A stretch of DNA of 64,000 bases from an uncultured virus (IMG/VR IMGVR_UViG_3300024999_000036) (Duplodnaviria; Heunggongvirae; Uroviricota; Caudoviricetes), in the IMG/VR virus record IMGVR_UViG_3300024999_000036; one strand, given 5' to 3'. Shown piece by piece: positions 52,450-61,032 of this stretch. The notes below the pieces were generated by a model. That model was given only the letters and a program-made list of their open reading frames with translations, searched no databases and had not been told where the DNA came from. How positions within the stretch are numbered: position 1 is the stretch's first letter; every line of letters begins with the position of its first letter. A program made the translations under genes and the position numbers.

Positions 52450-52944
52450 ATGAATGATTATGAAAATAATTTTAAGAATTTTTGTGATGGAGATGATAAA
52501 TTTTCGGAAGGAGATGTTGAGAATATGCCACCTATTGATTTGGATACTGTAGATGTGATTTTAGATCAACATGAAAAACAATTGGAAAAAATTGATTATA
52601 GAGTTACAAAATTAGAGGATATTACAACTAAGATATTAATACAATCAGCAGAGATGTCAGTTAAATTAAGTAACATCGAGTCTAATCAGGTAGATACTAA
52701 GAAGAGTATCTTAGAAAATTCTATAACATTACAAAATTTTCAAAAAGAATTAATTGATAGTCAAAAAGATTTGGTTAGTAGATTAATAGAAAAAGATACT
52801 AAAGTAAAAATTAGCGAAACAGAAAATAAAGGCAAAGTAAAAACACAAACCATAATAACAGTGGGGGCAATTTTTACAGCATTAATTTCTGGTGCAGTTA
52901 CTATTTATACGTTTATGCATCAATCAAGTAAATTAGTGAACTAG
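52450..52944 (+). CDS. Holin-like / XhlA-BhlA-like membrane protein
   Basis: Coiled coil with a single C-terminal TM segment, upstream of the amidase; alternative start ATG 52525 with SD AAGGAG. Confidence 0.55.
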   Translation: MNDYENNFKNFCDGDDKFSEGDVENMPPIDLDTVDVILDQHEKQLEKIDYRVTKLEDITTKILIQSAEMSVKLSNIESNQVDTKKSILENSITLQNFQKELIDSQKDLVSRLIEKDTKVKISETENKGKVKTQTIITVGAIFTALISGAVTIYTFMHQSSKLVN

Positions 52945-52973
52945 ATTATTAATATAATTGTGAGGTATATTAT

Positions 52974-53162
52974 ATGAATCAAGATATTCAATTATTCCCT
53001 TGTTATAGTTTAAATTTACGTAATTATTTAACGTCCAAAGGATTGAAATATAAACTTGTAGGGTTAAATCCAAATAGTCATAAAATGTTTTGGTTATTTA
53101 TTGATAATGAACAATTAAATAAATATCTAATTGAGTGGAAAAGGACTAAACCAAAAATTTAG
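52974..53162 (+). CDS. DUF5659-like small protein
   Basis: CYSLNLRNYL..G......NP....FWLF pattern. Confidence 0.6.
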   Translation: MNQDIQLFPCYSLNLRNYLTSKGLKYKLVGLNPNSHKMFWLFIDNEQLNKYLIEWKRTKPKI

Positions 53163-53208
53163 TTCTTTTTTATTTTGTAAAATTTTTAAAGTGAAGGGAG
53201 AGTATTAT

Positions 53209-54306
53209 ATGTTAATTAGTGATTGGGTTAAAATTAAGTGGAGTTATAGTAATAGAAAATATTATGAACCTATAGGATATATATTTACCAAAGCAGGAGA
53301 TGAATTTTTAGTAAAAGTAGAAGATTTAGCAAAAGGTTCTAAAACAAGTATTTTAACTCTTTGTGATTATTGTTTAGAAAAAGGCATTCAAACTTTAATC
53401 GATCAAGATTTTTATACTTATAATAATAAACAAAATCAATTAATTAATAAAGATTGTTGTAAAAAATGTAGAAGTATAAAAATAAAAGAATCTAATAAAA
53501 TTAAATATGGGGTAGAATGTACTATGCAAATAAAAGAATTTGCTGAGAAATGTGTTCAAAGTCAACGATTAGATTTTAATATAATTATTGAATTATTTAA
53601 AAATAAAAATTATGAATTACTAACTACAGAAAACGAATATAAAAATGCTTCTACTAAAAATTTAAAATATATTTGTAATAAACATAAATCAAAAGGTATT
53701 CAAGAAACTTCGTATCATAGTGCAGAATTAAATAAAGATAATTGTGAATATTGTGCAGGAGAAAAACAATCTAAAAGACAAAAGTTACCTTTGACGTATG
53801 TTGAAAGTATATATTTATCCAATGATTTAATATTATTAGAATATGATTATAAAAAATCTTCAATCCCAATGAAATGTTATTGCATTAATCATCCTGATAA
53901 AATTCAAAGTATTAGATTAGCTAATTTATTAAATGGTCAAGGTTGTAAATATTGTGGTATTGAAAAAAGAAGTAGAGAAAATCATCCTAACTGGAATCAA
54001 AATAAAACAGATGAAGATAGATTGATTTCTAGATATTCACAAAAAGAATATAGAGAATGGAGAAAGAAAATATATGAGGAAGATAATTATACTTGTCAAG
54101 TTTGTGGTCAAGTAGGTGGAAAACTTAATGCACATCATAAATATAATTATGGCAATTATCCGCAATATAGGTTTGATATTAATAATGGAGTAACTTTATG
54201 TGAAAGTTGCCATATAAATTTTCATATTATATATGGTAGAAAAGATAATACACCAAGACAATTTGAAGGTTTTAGAAAGAACCTTCATTTTTTATTGCAA
54301 TATTAA
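53209..54306 (+). CDS. HNH homing endonuclease
   Basis: SD AAGGGAG plus ATG 53209; YTCQVCG...LNAHH...NNGVTLCESCH..FH. Confidence 0.85.
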   Translation: MLISDWVKIKWSYSNRKYYEPIGYIFTKAGDEFLVKVEDLAKGSKTSILTLCDYCLEKGIQTLIDQDFYTYNNKQNQLINKDCCKKCRSIKIKESNKIKYGVECTMQIKEFAEKCVQSQRLDFNIIIELFKNKNYELLTTENEYKNASTKNLKYICNKHKSKGIQETSYHSAELNKDNCEYCAGEKQSKRQKLPLTYVESIYLSNDLILLEYDYKKSSIPMKCYCINHPDKIQSIRLANLLNGQGCKYCGIEKRSRENHPNWNQNKTDEDRLISRYSQKEYREWRKKIYEEDNYTCQVCGQVGGKLNAHHKYNYGNYPQYRFDINNGVTLCESCHINFHIIYGRKDNTPRQFEGFRKNLHFLLQY

Positions 54307-54338
54307 ATTATCAATATAACAAAGGAGAGATTAACAAT

Positions 54339-55262
54339 ATGTTAACCATAAATTTACTTCCTGGTCATGGAATAAGTAATATTAAAAATGTCCTCTTTGA
54401 TCCTGGAGCAAAAAATAAAAATGGTACACAAGAAGCAACAGGGACTAAAATATTAGGTGACAAATTAAAATCTAAATTAGAATTTAATGGATTTAAAGTT
54501 AATCTATTAAATGATAGAGATGTAAATGCACAAATTAATTTCGTAAATAATAATAAATGTGATTTAGCGATTGCATTACATTTTAACGCATTTAATGAAA
54601 AAGTATCTGGTGTAGAAGTATTATATTCAGATGTAGCACCAGGATATAATAAAAATACTACTTTAAAATTTGCTGATATATTGTTAAATCAACTAATTAA
54701 AGATACTGGAATGGTTAATAGAGGATTGAAAAAAACAAATAGTGGAGTGGGCATAATCAAACGTACAAAATTTCCTACTGTACTTAGTGAGAACGGATTT
54801 ATTGATCATCCTACAGAATATTTATGGGCAAAAGATGATAATAAATTAAATATTCTTGCAGAATCTCATTGTAAAGCTGTTTGTGAATATTTTGGCATTG
54901 AATATAAAGATAATAAAAATCAAAAGGAGATTGATAGTGATATGACAATATTACAAACAAAAAATTCTATACAATTTAATTACAATGGAGAAAATAAAGA
55001 AATAGAAAATTACATAATCAACGACACTTCCTATGTAAACACAAGACAAATCATAGATTTATTCTCAAAAATTCTTAACTATGACGAAAATATTCGTACT
55101 ATTTTTATTAAAGACAATATAGTTAAGATTGATGTAAATGGTAATATAATTAATGGTCAACTCATTGACGATAAAAGTTTTTGCCCAGTAAGAGAATTGT
55201 GTAAAAGTTTAGATAAAACAGTTGAATGGGATGTGATTGATAGGAAGGTTATAATCAAATAA
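54339..55262 (+). CDS. Endolysin, N-acetylmuramoyl-L-alanine amidase (Amidase_3) with C-terminal stalk-like domains
   Basis: PGHG, E, ALHFNA and LSENGFID Zn-ligand motifs. Confidence 0.88.
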   Translation: MLTINLLPGHGISNIKNVLFDPGAKNKNGTQEATGTKILGDKLKSKLEFNGFKVNLLNDRDVNAQINFVNNNKCDLAIALHFNAFNEKVSGVEVLYSDVAPGYNKNTTLKFADILLNQLIKDTGMVNRGLKKTNSGVGIIKRTKFPTVLSENGFIDHPTEYLWAKDDNKLNILAESHCKAVCEYFGIEYKDNKNQKEIDSDMTILQTKNSIQFNYNGENKEIENYIINDTSYVNTRQIIDLFSKILNYDENIRTIFIKDNIVKIDVNGNIINGQLIDDKSFCPVRELCKSLDKTVEWDVIDRKVIIK

Positions 55263-55305
55263 ACAATAATATTAAATAAATTATACAATAAAGGAGTGTT
55301 CTATT

Positions 55306-55734
55306 ATGGAACAATTAAATCAATTTATCTCGTTAGAAAATTTAAGGACTTCATTAACTAGTTTAACTATTTTAATATGTTTTTTAACTCAATATTTCAA
55401 AGATGCTATTGATAATTTATGCAGTAAACTATTAAAGAAAACATTTCCTACTAAGTGTTTTGTTTTTATCTTATCTGAAATTCTACTATTTACAATTGAA
55501 TATTTATCTAAAACTAATTTTAACGGAGAAATGATATTCATTACATCAATTAAAGCGTTATTTATTAGTGCTTTTGCAGTAATTTCTGTTGAAAAAATGA
55601 TGAAGAAAAAATCTGAATTAAATAGAGATTTGAATAGTAATGAAGTTGTTGAAATAGTTAGTGAAGATTTATTGAGTAATAATATGGTTAATGGTTTAGT
55701 GAGTGATGGAAATATTAGTAATAAAGTAAAGTAA
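55306..55734 (+). CDS. Holin
   Basis: Two to three hydrophobic segments; LTQYFKD motif; follows the amidase. Confidence 0.65.
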   Translation: MEQLNQFISLENLRTSLTSLTILICFLTQYFKDAIDNLCSKLLKKTFPTKCFVFILSEILLFTIEYLSKTNFNGEMIFITSIKALFISAFAVISVEKMMKKKSELNRDLNSNEVVEIVSEDLLSNNMVNGLVSDGNISNKVK

Positions 55735-55859
55735 CCTCCTCTACCTTTTAATTTACCTCTCCCCCGCCACTCACCTACCGCTTCTATCATTGATTATTTG
55801 GCAATAAAATGGTAATAGGGGATAAGGTGAAAAATACTTGACATTTATAAATTTAAATT

Positions 55860-55948
55860 AAAAAACAAATAACACTAGATATGATTATGAGTACCCAATA
55901 ATCTAGTGTTATTTGCCGAAAGTTAATGCGAAAACTTAATATTTTAAT
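55860..55948 (-). ncRNA. Candidate hairpin small RNA 1
   Basis: TTGACT-17-TATAAT (55983-55955); 15-bp stem, 20-nt loop, U-tract. Confidence 0.65.
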
Positions 55949-56008
55949 ATGAGTATTATAATACATTTAATGTAAAAAGTCAAATTTAAAGAATATGATA
56001 AATATGAA

Positions 56009-56082
56009 TAAAAACAAACAACACTAGTAAGAATGGAGGCGATCCAAAAACCTAGTGTTGTTTGTTTTGTTTGATACCCCTC
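56009..56082 (-). ncRNA. Candidate hairpin small RNA 2
   Basis: TTGACA-17-TATAAT (56117-56089); 17-bp stem, 24-nt loop, U-rich 3' end. Confidence 0.65.
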
Positions 56083-56132
56083 ATGTGTATTATATTATAT
56101 ATAATTTAATATGTCAAAAGGTAATATCTACA

Positions 56133-56201
56133 CAAAATTGTTGTTTTATCACGATTTTTTAAGAAATTAATAGTCAACAAAGTATTATAAAATAAGGGTT
56201 T
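56133..56201 (+). repeat. Bipartite dispersed repeat, copy 5
   Basis: CAAAATTGTTGTTTTAT-29 nt-AAAGTATTATAAAATAAGGGTTT. Confidence 0.7.
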
Positions 56202-56408
56202 ATAAATTGGGTATATTTGGAATATTTAAGATGTTGCGATATTTTTGAGTTATTTGGAGAGATGAATCGGATTAGGATAGAAAGTGTACGTTGATTATTT
56301 AAGTGTGGGATTTGAGGGTAATTATGGTTTAAATTGATTTTTTATTGAAAGACACTTCTTAATCGAAGTGTCTTTTTTGTTTTTATTATTCAAATAATTA
56401 AAAGGAGA

Positions 56409-56627
56409 TTGATATTCATGGAAAACAAAATTCCTGTAGTTACTATTCACAGTCAGGCAATGGCTGGATTTTTGATGCTTCACAGATTTATTCTAATTGA
56501 TCAACGTGAAGATTTAAAGAATAAAAATAAGAATGTATTTATATTTAAAGATTCTAAAGAAATAAGAAATGCAATGAAAAAATATTCAGAACAAAAAGAA
56601 ATAATAAATAAAATCATATTCGGTTAA
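56409..56627 (+). CDS. DUF5659-like small protein
   Basis: IHSQAMAGFLM...DLKN...NVFIF.DS pattern. Confidence 0.65.
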   Translation: MIFMENKIPVVTIHSQAMAGFLMLHRFILIDQREDLKNKNKNVFIFKDSKEIRNAMKKYSEQKEIINKIIFG

Positions 56628-56665
56628 TTCTAATATTCTTATTCAAAGGAGGTTATTCAAATAGT

Positions 56666-58135
56666 ATGGGCAAATATATTTCAGATATTATCACATCAGA
56701 TGATATAGATAAATGGAATTCTAATAAATTAGTATTTATAGAAGCATCAACGGGAAAAGGAAAATCTCACTTTATTAAACATACTCTATCAAAACATAAT
56801 GAAAATAAGAAAATTTTAATGTTAGTTAATCGGTCAATTATAAAAAGACAATCAGAAGTAGAAATAGGTATTAATGATAATATTGTTATAAAAACGTATC
56901 AATTATTATCAGAATTAATAGTAACTAAAAGTCCTAAAATTGCAGATTTTATAGATTTTGATTATATAATTTGTGATGAATCACACCATTTTTGTGAAGA
57001 AAGTGAATTTATATTTAATACTGATGTATCATTTAATTGGGTAATGAATCAAAATGCAATTAAAATATTTATGACAGCAACAGCAAAATACATAAAAGAA
57101 TATATCGTAAATGAATTAAAATTAGAAATTGAATATTATTATATAGAAAATAAATATGATTTTATTGATAAATTATATTTTTATGAAAATGATAAAACTA
57201 TAGGTAAATTATTAATTGATTTACCAGAAGATGAAAAAGCAATATACTTTACTAGTGCAAAGAAAGCATATGAAATGAGTGAAATACTTAAATCATATGT
57301 TTTTTATTGTTCTAATAATAATTATAATTATCGTCAATATGTTGATCCTGAGAAAATAACTTATATTGAAGAAAATGAGAAATTTGAAGAACAGGTACTT
57401 TGTTGTACGAAAGTTGCTGATTGTGGTTTTAATTTAAAGGATGATAAAATTAAACACATAATTGTGGATATTGCTGATTTATCAAGTATCATACAATGCA
57501 TTGGACGTAAAAGAATAGAATTTAGTGATAAAATTATATTATATATAAAAGATAAAAAAGGTAATGCTATTGTTCGTAAATTAGAGAATCTTCAAGAGAA
57601 AATAAAATATGCTAATATTATACTTGAAAAAGGTGATTTAGCATTAATAGAAGAATATTCACATAAAAATACATACGGAAATCTAATTTATGATATAGTG
57701 AATAGAGAAAAATTAAGAATTGAGAAAAAAGTAAATCCATTAATGCATTATACATATAATCAAAATATAATGTTGTATAAAGAAATATTAGAAGATAAAG
57801 AAGATGGATTTAAGAATAAATTGCTTGAAAGGATGGGTATAGAAGATATGGAATACACCGATCTTGAAAAAGTAATGGATGGTTTAATATTAGAAGATAT
57901 ATTAGATAAATATATTAGTGTAAAAATGTTTAAAGATGAACAAAAGAAGTTTAAAGATATATTATTTGATAAACTATTAAATAGCCCTAAAGCAAATCAT
58001 GGGTCTGTAGGTTTAAAAACAATTAATGCATTATTTGAAGAAAATAAGTTAAAGTATAAACTTATATCTAATAAAGAAACTAGTAGAAAATCTGAAAATT
58101 ACAAAAAAATGTATTGGATGATTATAAAATTATAA
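56666..58135 (+). CDS. Superfamily 2 (DExH) helicase-like protein
   Basis: ASTGKGKS, ICDESHH, MTAT, IQCIGRKR. Confidence 0.85.
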   Translation: MGKYISDIITSDDIDKWNSNKLVFIEASTGKGKSHFIKHTLSKHNENKKILMLVNRSIIKRQSEVEIGINDNIVIKTYQLLSELIVTKSPKIADFIDFDYIICDESHHFCEESEFIFNTDVSFNWVMNQNAIKIFMTATAKYIKEYIVNELKLEIEYYYIENKYDFIDKLYFYENDKTIGKLLIDLPEDEKAIYFTSAKKAYEMSEILKSYVFYCSNNNYNYRQYVDPEKITYIEENEKFEEQVLCCTKVADCGFNLKDDKIKHIIVDIADLSSIIQCIGRKRIEFSDKIILYIKDKKGNAIVRKLENLQEKIKYANIILEKGDLALIEEYSHKNTYGNLIYDIVNREKLRIEKKVNPLMHYTYNQNIMLYKEILEDKEDGFKNKLLERMGIEDMEYTDLEKVMDGLILEDILDKYISVKMFKDEQKKFKDILFDKLLNSPKANHGSVGLKTINALFEENKLKYKLISNKETSRKSENYKKMYWMIIKL

Positions 58136-58238
58136 TATAAATATGCACCCATTTTTACTTAAAGATATATTATATAATTTAGTAAATTTAGGTGCATATA
58201 AATTTTTACATATTATTAAATCAATATTGGATGGATTA

Positions 58239-58266
58239 TAATTATTGCGTTTAAACGCAATAATTA
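58239..58266. repeat. Perfect 28-bp palindrome
   Basis: TAATTATTGCGTTT|AAACGCAATAATTA. Confidence 0.9.
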
Positions 58267-58423
58267 AAGACAGACAAAAAGGTTTTGTGTCTTTGTTTTT
58301 TATATTTATATATAGATATTTTTTTTATTAAATGACATTAGAATATTAAAATAAATATATTGATTTAATTGTTTTTTAATGTATAATAAATAGTAAATTA
58401 ATAATAAAAAGGAGTAATTACAT

Positions 58424-58906
58424 ATGATACCTAAAAGAAATGTTTTAAATAAATTAATTTTACTATTGTTAATTAAATTATCTGGTAAAATAAACGGAGC
58501 AACTCGTCTTCAAAAATTAGTATTTTCTGCTCAATCAGAAGGAAGAAAAAATAAATATCTAACATTTAATTATAAATTTATTCGTTGGCATTATGGGCCG
58601 TATTGTAAGGAATTAACAAAAGATATTGATTTTTTATCTAAATCAGAATTTATTATTATTAATGAAGACAGTAGTTTTGAATTAAAAGAAAAGGGATTTA
58701 AAATTATCCAAGGTGTTGAATTAAATATGATAAAGGAAATAAAAAATTACTTAAAAGAAATATTAGATAAATATAATCATCTAAATATTATAATTCTTCT
58801 AAGACATATTTATGATGATTACAATATTGAAAAAGAGTATGAAATGGGAGATGTGATACTTCCTGTATTAAATTTTTATGATTATGAATATGAATATTTT
58901 GAATAA
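58424..58906 (+). CDS. Panacea/SocA (DUF4065)-like antitoxin-domain protein
   Basis: GATRLQKLVF...FIRWHYGPY motif. Confidence 0.7.
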   Translation: MIPKRNVLNKLILLLLIKLSGKINGATRLQKLVFSAQSEGRKNKYLTFNYKFIRWHYGPYCKELTKDIDFLSKSEFIIINEDSSFELKEKGFKIIQGVELNMIKEIKNYLKEILDKYNHLNIIILLRHIYDDYNIEKEYEMGDVILPVLNFYDYEYEYFE

Positions 58907-58943
58907 TAATTAAATATATGATTAAAATAGAAAGGTAAAATAA

Positions 58944-59165
58944 ATGAATAAATCATTAAACAACATAGAATCAAATAACACACAACAAGATTGTCCTTAT
59001 TGCTCCGCATCATCCATCCTACTCTCATCTAACTTCAATGATAAACAATATTTATTATATTTTCAGAATGATAATATAACTTTATTTGAAATGGATAATA
59101 TAGGGATGGAAGTATTGGGTGAGGTTAAGATTAGGTATTGTGTGGGGTGTGGTAGGGAGTTGTAA
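58944..59165 (+). CDS. Small Zn-ribbon protein
   Basis: CPYC...IRYCVGCGREL. Confidence 0.65.
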   Translation: MNKSLNNIESNNTQQDCPYCSASSILLSSNFNDKQYLLYFQNDNITLFEMDNIGMEVLGEVKIRYCVGCGREL

Positions 59166-59263
59166 TTAGATGTAAATAGAATGGTTTAACTTAGTATGGA
59201 TGATAATTTAATATTTAAGTTTATTTTAAGAGTAGATTAATTTCTGCTCTTTTTGTTTTTTGT

Positions 59264-59415
59264 GGATAGGTGAATTATGACGATAATTTGCTGATAAGAG
59301 AGGTAATTCCGAACCTCTCTTCTTTTTTATTTTAATGGTGTTTTTTATCGGAATAGGATTGTTGGATTTATAGATTGCTAAAATAAAAATCTACGGAAGG
59401 ATTTGGTGATGTAAA
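59264..59415 (+). ncRNA. Conserved structured leader RNA, copy B
   Basis: GGATAG-hairpin-TGATAAGAGAGGT-AATTCCGA-ACCTCTCTTC. Confidence 0.6.
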
Positions 59416-60981
59416 ATGAGTAAACCACTAGATAAGGGAAAAATGATTCAAGCATTAAAAATATTTTATGAAAATAACGGTAGAACACCATTGTATATTG
59501 ACTTTAGTAAAGGAACACCCAATGCTGCAACTTATAGCAAATATTTTGGTTCTTGGGACAATGCTTTAAAAGAAGCAGGATTATTAGAAATCAAAAGTCC
59601 AAAAAGACAACCAAAAGTTTATAGTGATGAAGAATTATTAGATAAATTAAAAGATTATTGTATTAAATATGGTAAAACTAAACCAAGACTTGACACAAAC
59701 AACGATGAATGTCATTCTAATGCAACATATATTTCTAGATTTGGTAGTATGGAAAATGCTTTAAAATTAATTGGGATGGAACATTTGTGGGGAGATAAAA
59801 ATAAATTTATTAAACAATGGACTAGAGAAGAAATAATAAATGAATTAATAAAATTTTGTAAAGAAAATAATAGGTTTCCTAAAACTGATGATTTTGAAAA
59901 TACTTCTCCTAGTACAAACGCAATTAGGAGACAATTTAATAGTAATTGGAGTAATATTTTAGAAGAATTAAAAGAATATGTTCCTGAACTAGAAAATGAA
60001 ATAAATGATTATTTATATAAATATACAAAAGAAGAAATGATTAATAGATTAAAATTGTTATATAAAGAAAATAATCAAATACCAACATATGAAATTATAA
60101 CCAACACAGATTATATGCCAAGTTATAAATCATATCATATAAAATTTGGTTCACTTAAATTAGCATTAATAGAAGCAGAATTATATGATTTAATAGAAAA
60201 TAAAGATAAAAAGAAATATAATAAATATCATACAGAAGATGAATTATTAAAATTATTAAAAGATTATATTATAAAACACAATAAAATACCAAATTATAAT
60301 GATTTAAATGAAAGTATTGATATGCCCAGTATTAATACTTACGAAAATAGATTTGGTTCTTATCTTATTGCATTAGAATTAATAGGTTATAAAGATCAAC
60401 ATATATCTAATAATCAAACTTTAAAAAGATATACAGATGAAGAAATGATTAATAATATGAAAATATTATATAATGAACTTGGTAGAATACCAAATTTTGA
60501 AGATATTGATTTATGTGAATATAGTGCAAATTCATCAACTTATTATAATAGATATGGCAATTTAACTAATGTTTTTGATTTGTGTGGTATACCTTATAAT
60601 AAATCTGATAAAAGAAGATATAATAATTTTGGAAAATATATTAAAAAATATATAACAGATAAAGGAGCAATATGTTTATCTAAAAGTGAATATATAATAA
60701 CTTGTTGGTTAGAATTACATAATATTATATTTGATAAAGAAGTTTATTATAAAAAAGTCTTAAACAATGATAATAGTAGAAGAAAATTTGATTGGATTAT
60801 TTATCATAATAATAAAATATACTATGTAGAATTTTTTGGTTTAATTAGAAATAAGTTATATAAACAAGGAGCATTACAAAAAATAGAAGATTGTAAAAAG
60901 AATAATATTGATTTAATAGCAATTTATCCAAAAGATTTAAAAAATAAATCATTAGAAGAAATATTTAGTTTTTTAAATTAA
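59416..60981 (+). CDS. Homing-endonuclease-associated-repeat protein with C-terminal PD-(D/E)xK nuclease
   Basis: Six repeats of the type YTDEE.L..L......G..P......PS..TY..RFGS...AL; KFDWII...YVEFFG. Confidence 0.8.
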   Translation: MSKPLDKGKMIQALKIFYENNGRTPLYIDFSKGTPNAATYSKYFGSWDNALKEAGLLEIKSPKRQPKVYSDEELLDKLKDYCIKYGKTKPRLDTNNDECHSNATYISRFGSMENALKLIGMEHLWGDKNKFIKQWTREEIINELIKFCKENNRFPKTDDFENTSPSTNAIRRQFNSNWSNILEELKEYVPELENEINDYLYKYTKEEMINRLKLLYKENNQIPTYEIITNTDYMPSYKSYHIKFGSLKLALIEAELYDLIENKDKKKYNKYHTEDELLKLLKDYIIKHNKIPNYNDLNESIDMPSINTYENRFGSYLIALELIGYKDQHISNNQTLKRYTDEEMINNMKILYNELGRIPNFEDIDLCEYSANSSTYYNRYGNLTNVFDLCGIPYNKSDKRRYNNFGKYIKKYITDKGAICLSKSEYIITCWLELHNIIFDKEVYYKKVLNNDNSRRKFDWIIYHNNKIYYVEFFGLIRNKLYKQGALQKIEDCKKNNIDLIAIYPKDLKNKSLEEIFSFLN

Positions 60982-60985
60982 AAAA

Positions 60986-61025
60986 TTATACCCTACTCAA
61001 TTTAATTTTTGAGTAGGGTATAATT
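60986..61025. terminator. Bidirectional terminator between convergent genes
   Basis: ATTATACCCTACTCAA / TTGAGTAGGGTATAAT inverted repeat. Confidence 0.75.
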
Positions 61026-61032
61026 ATAAACT

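Noticed and set aside
55860..56070. CRISPR array
   Set aside because: The repeats are inverted arms in two separately promoted units, not direct repeats with spacers; no cas genes are seen.
59285..59325. Hammerhead ribozyme (CTGATAAG resembles the CUGANGA core)
   Set aside because: No correctly placed GAAA or cleavage triplet, and the sister copy reads CTAATAAG.
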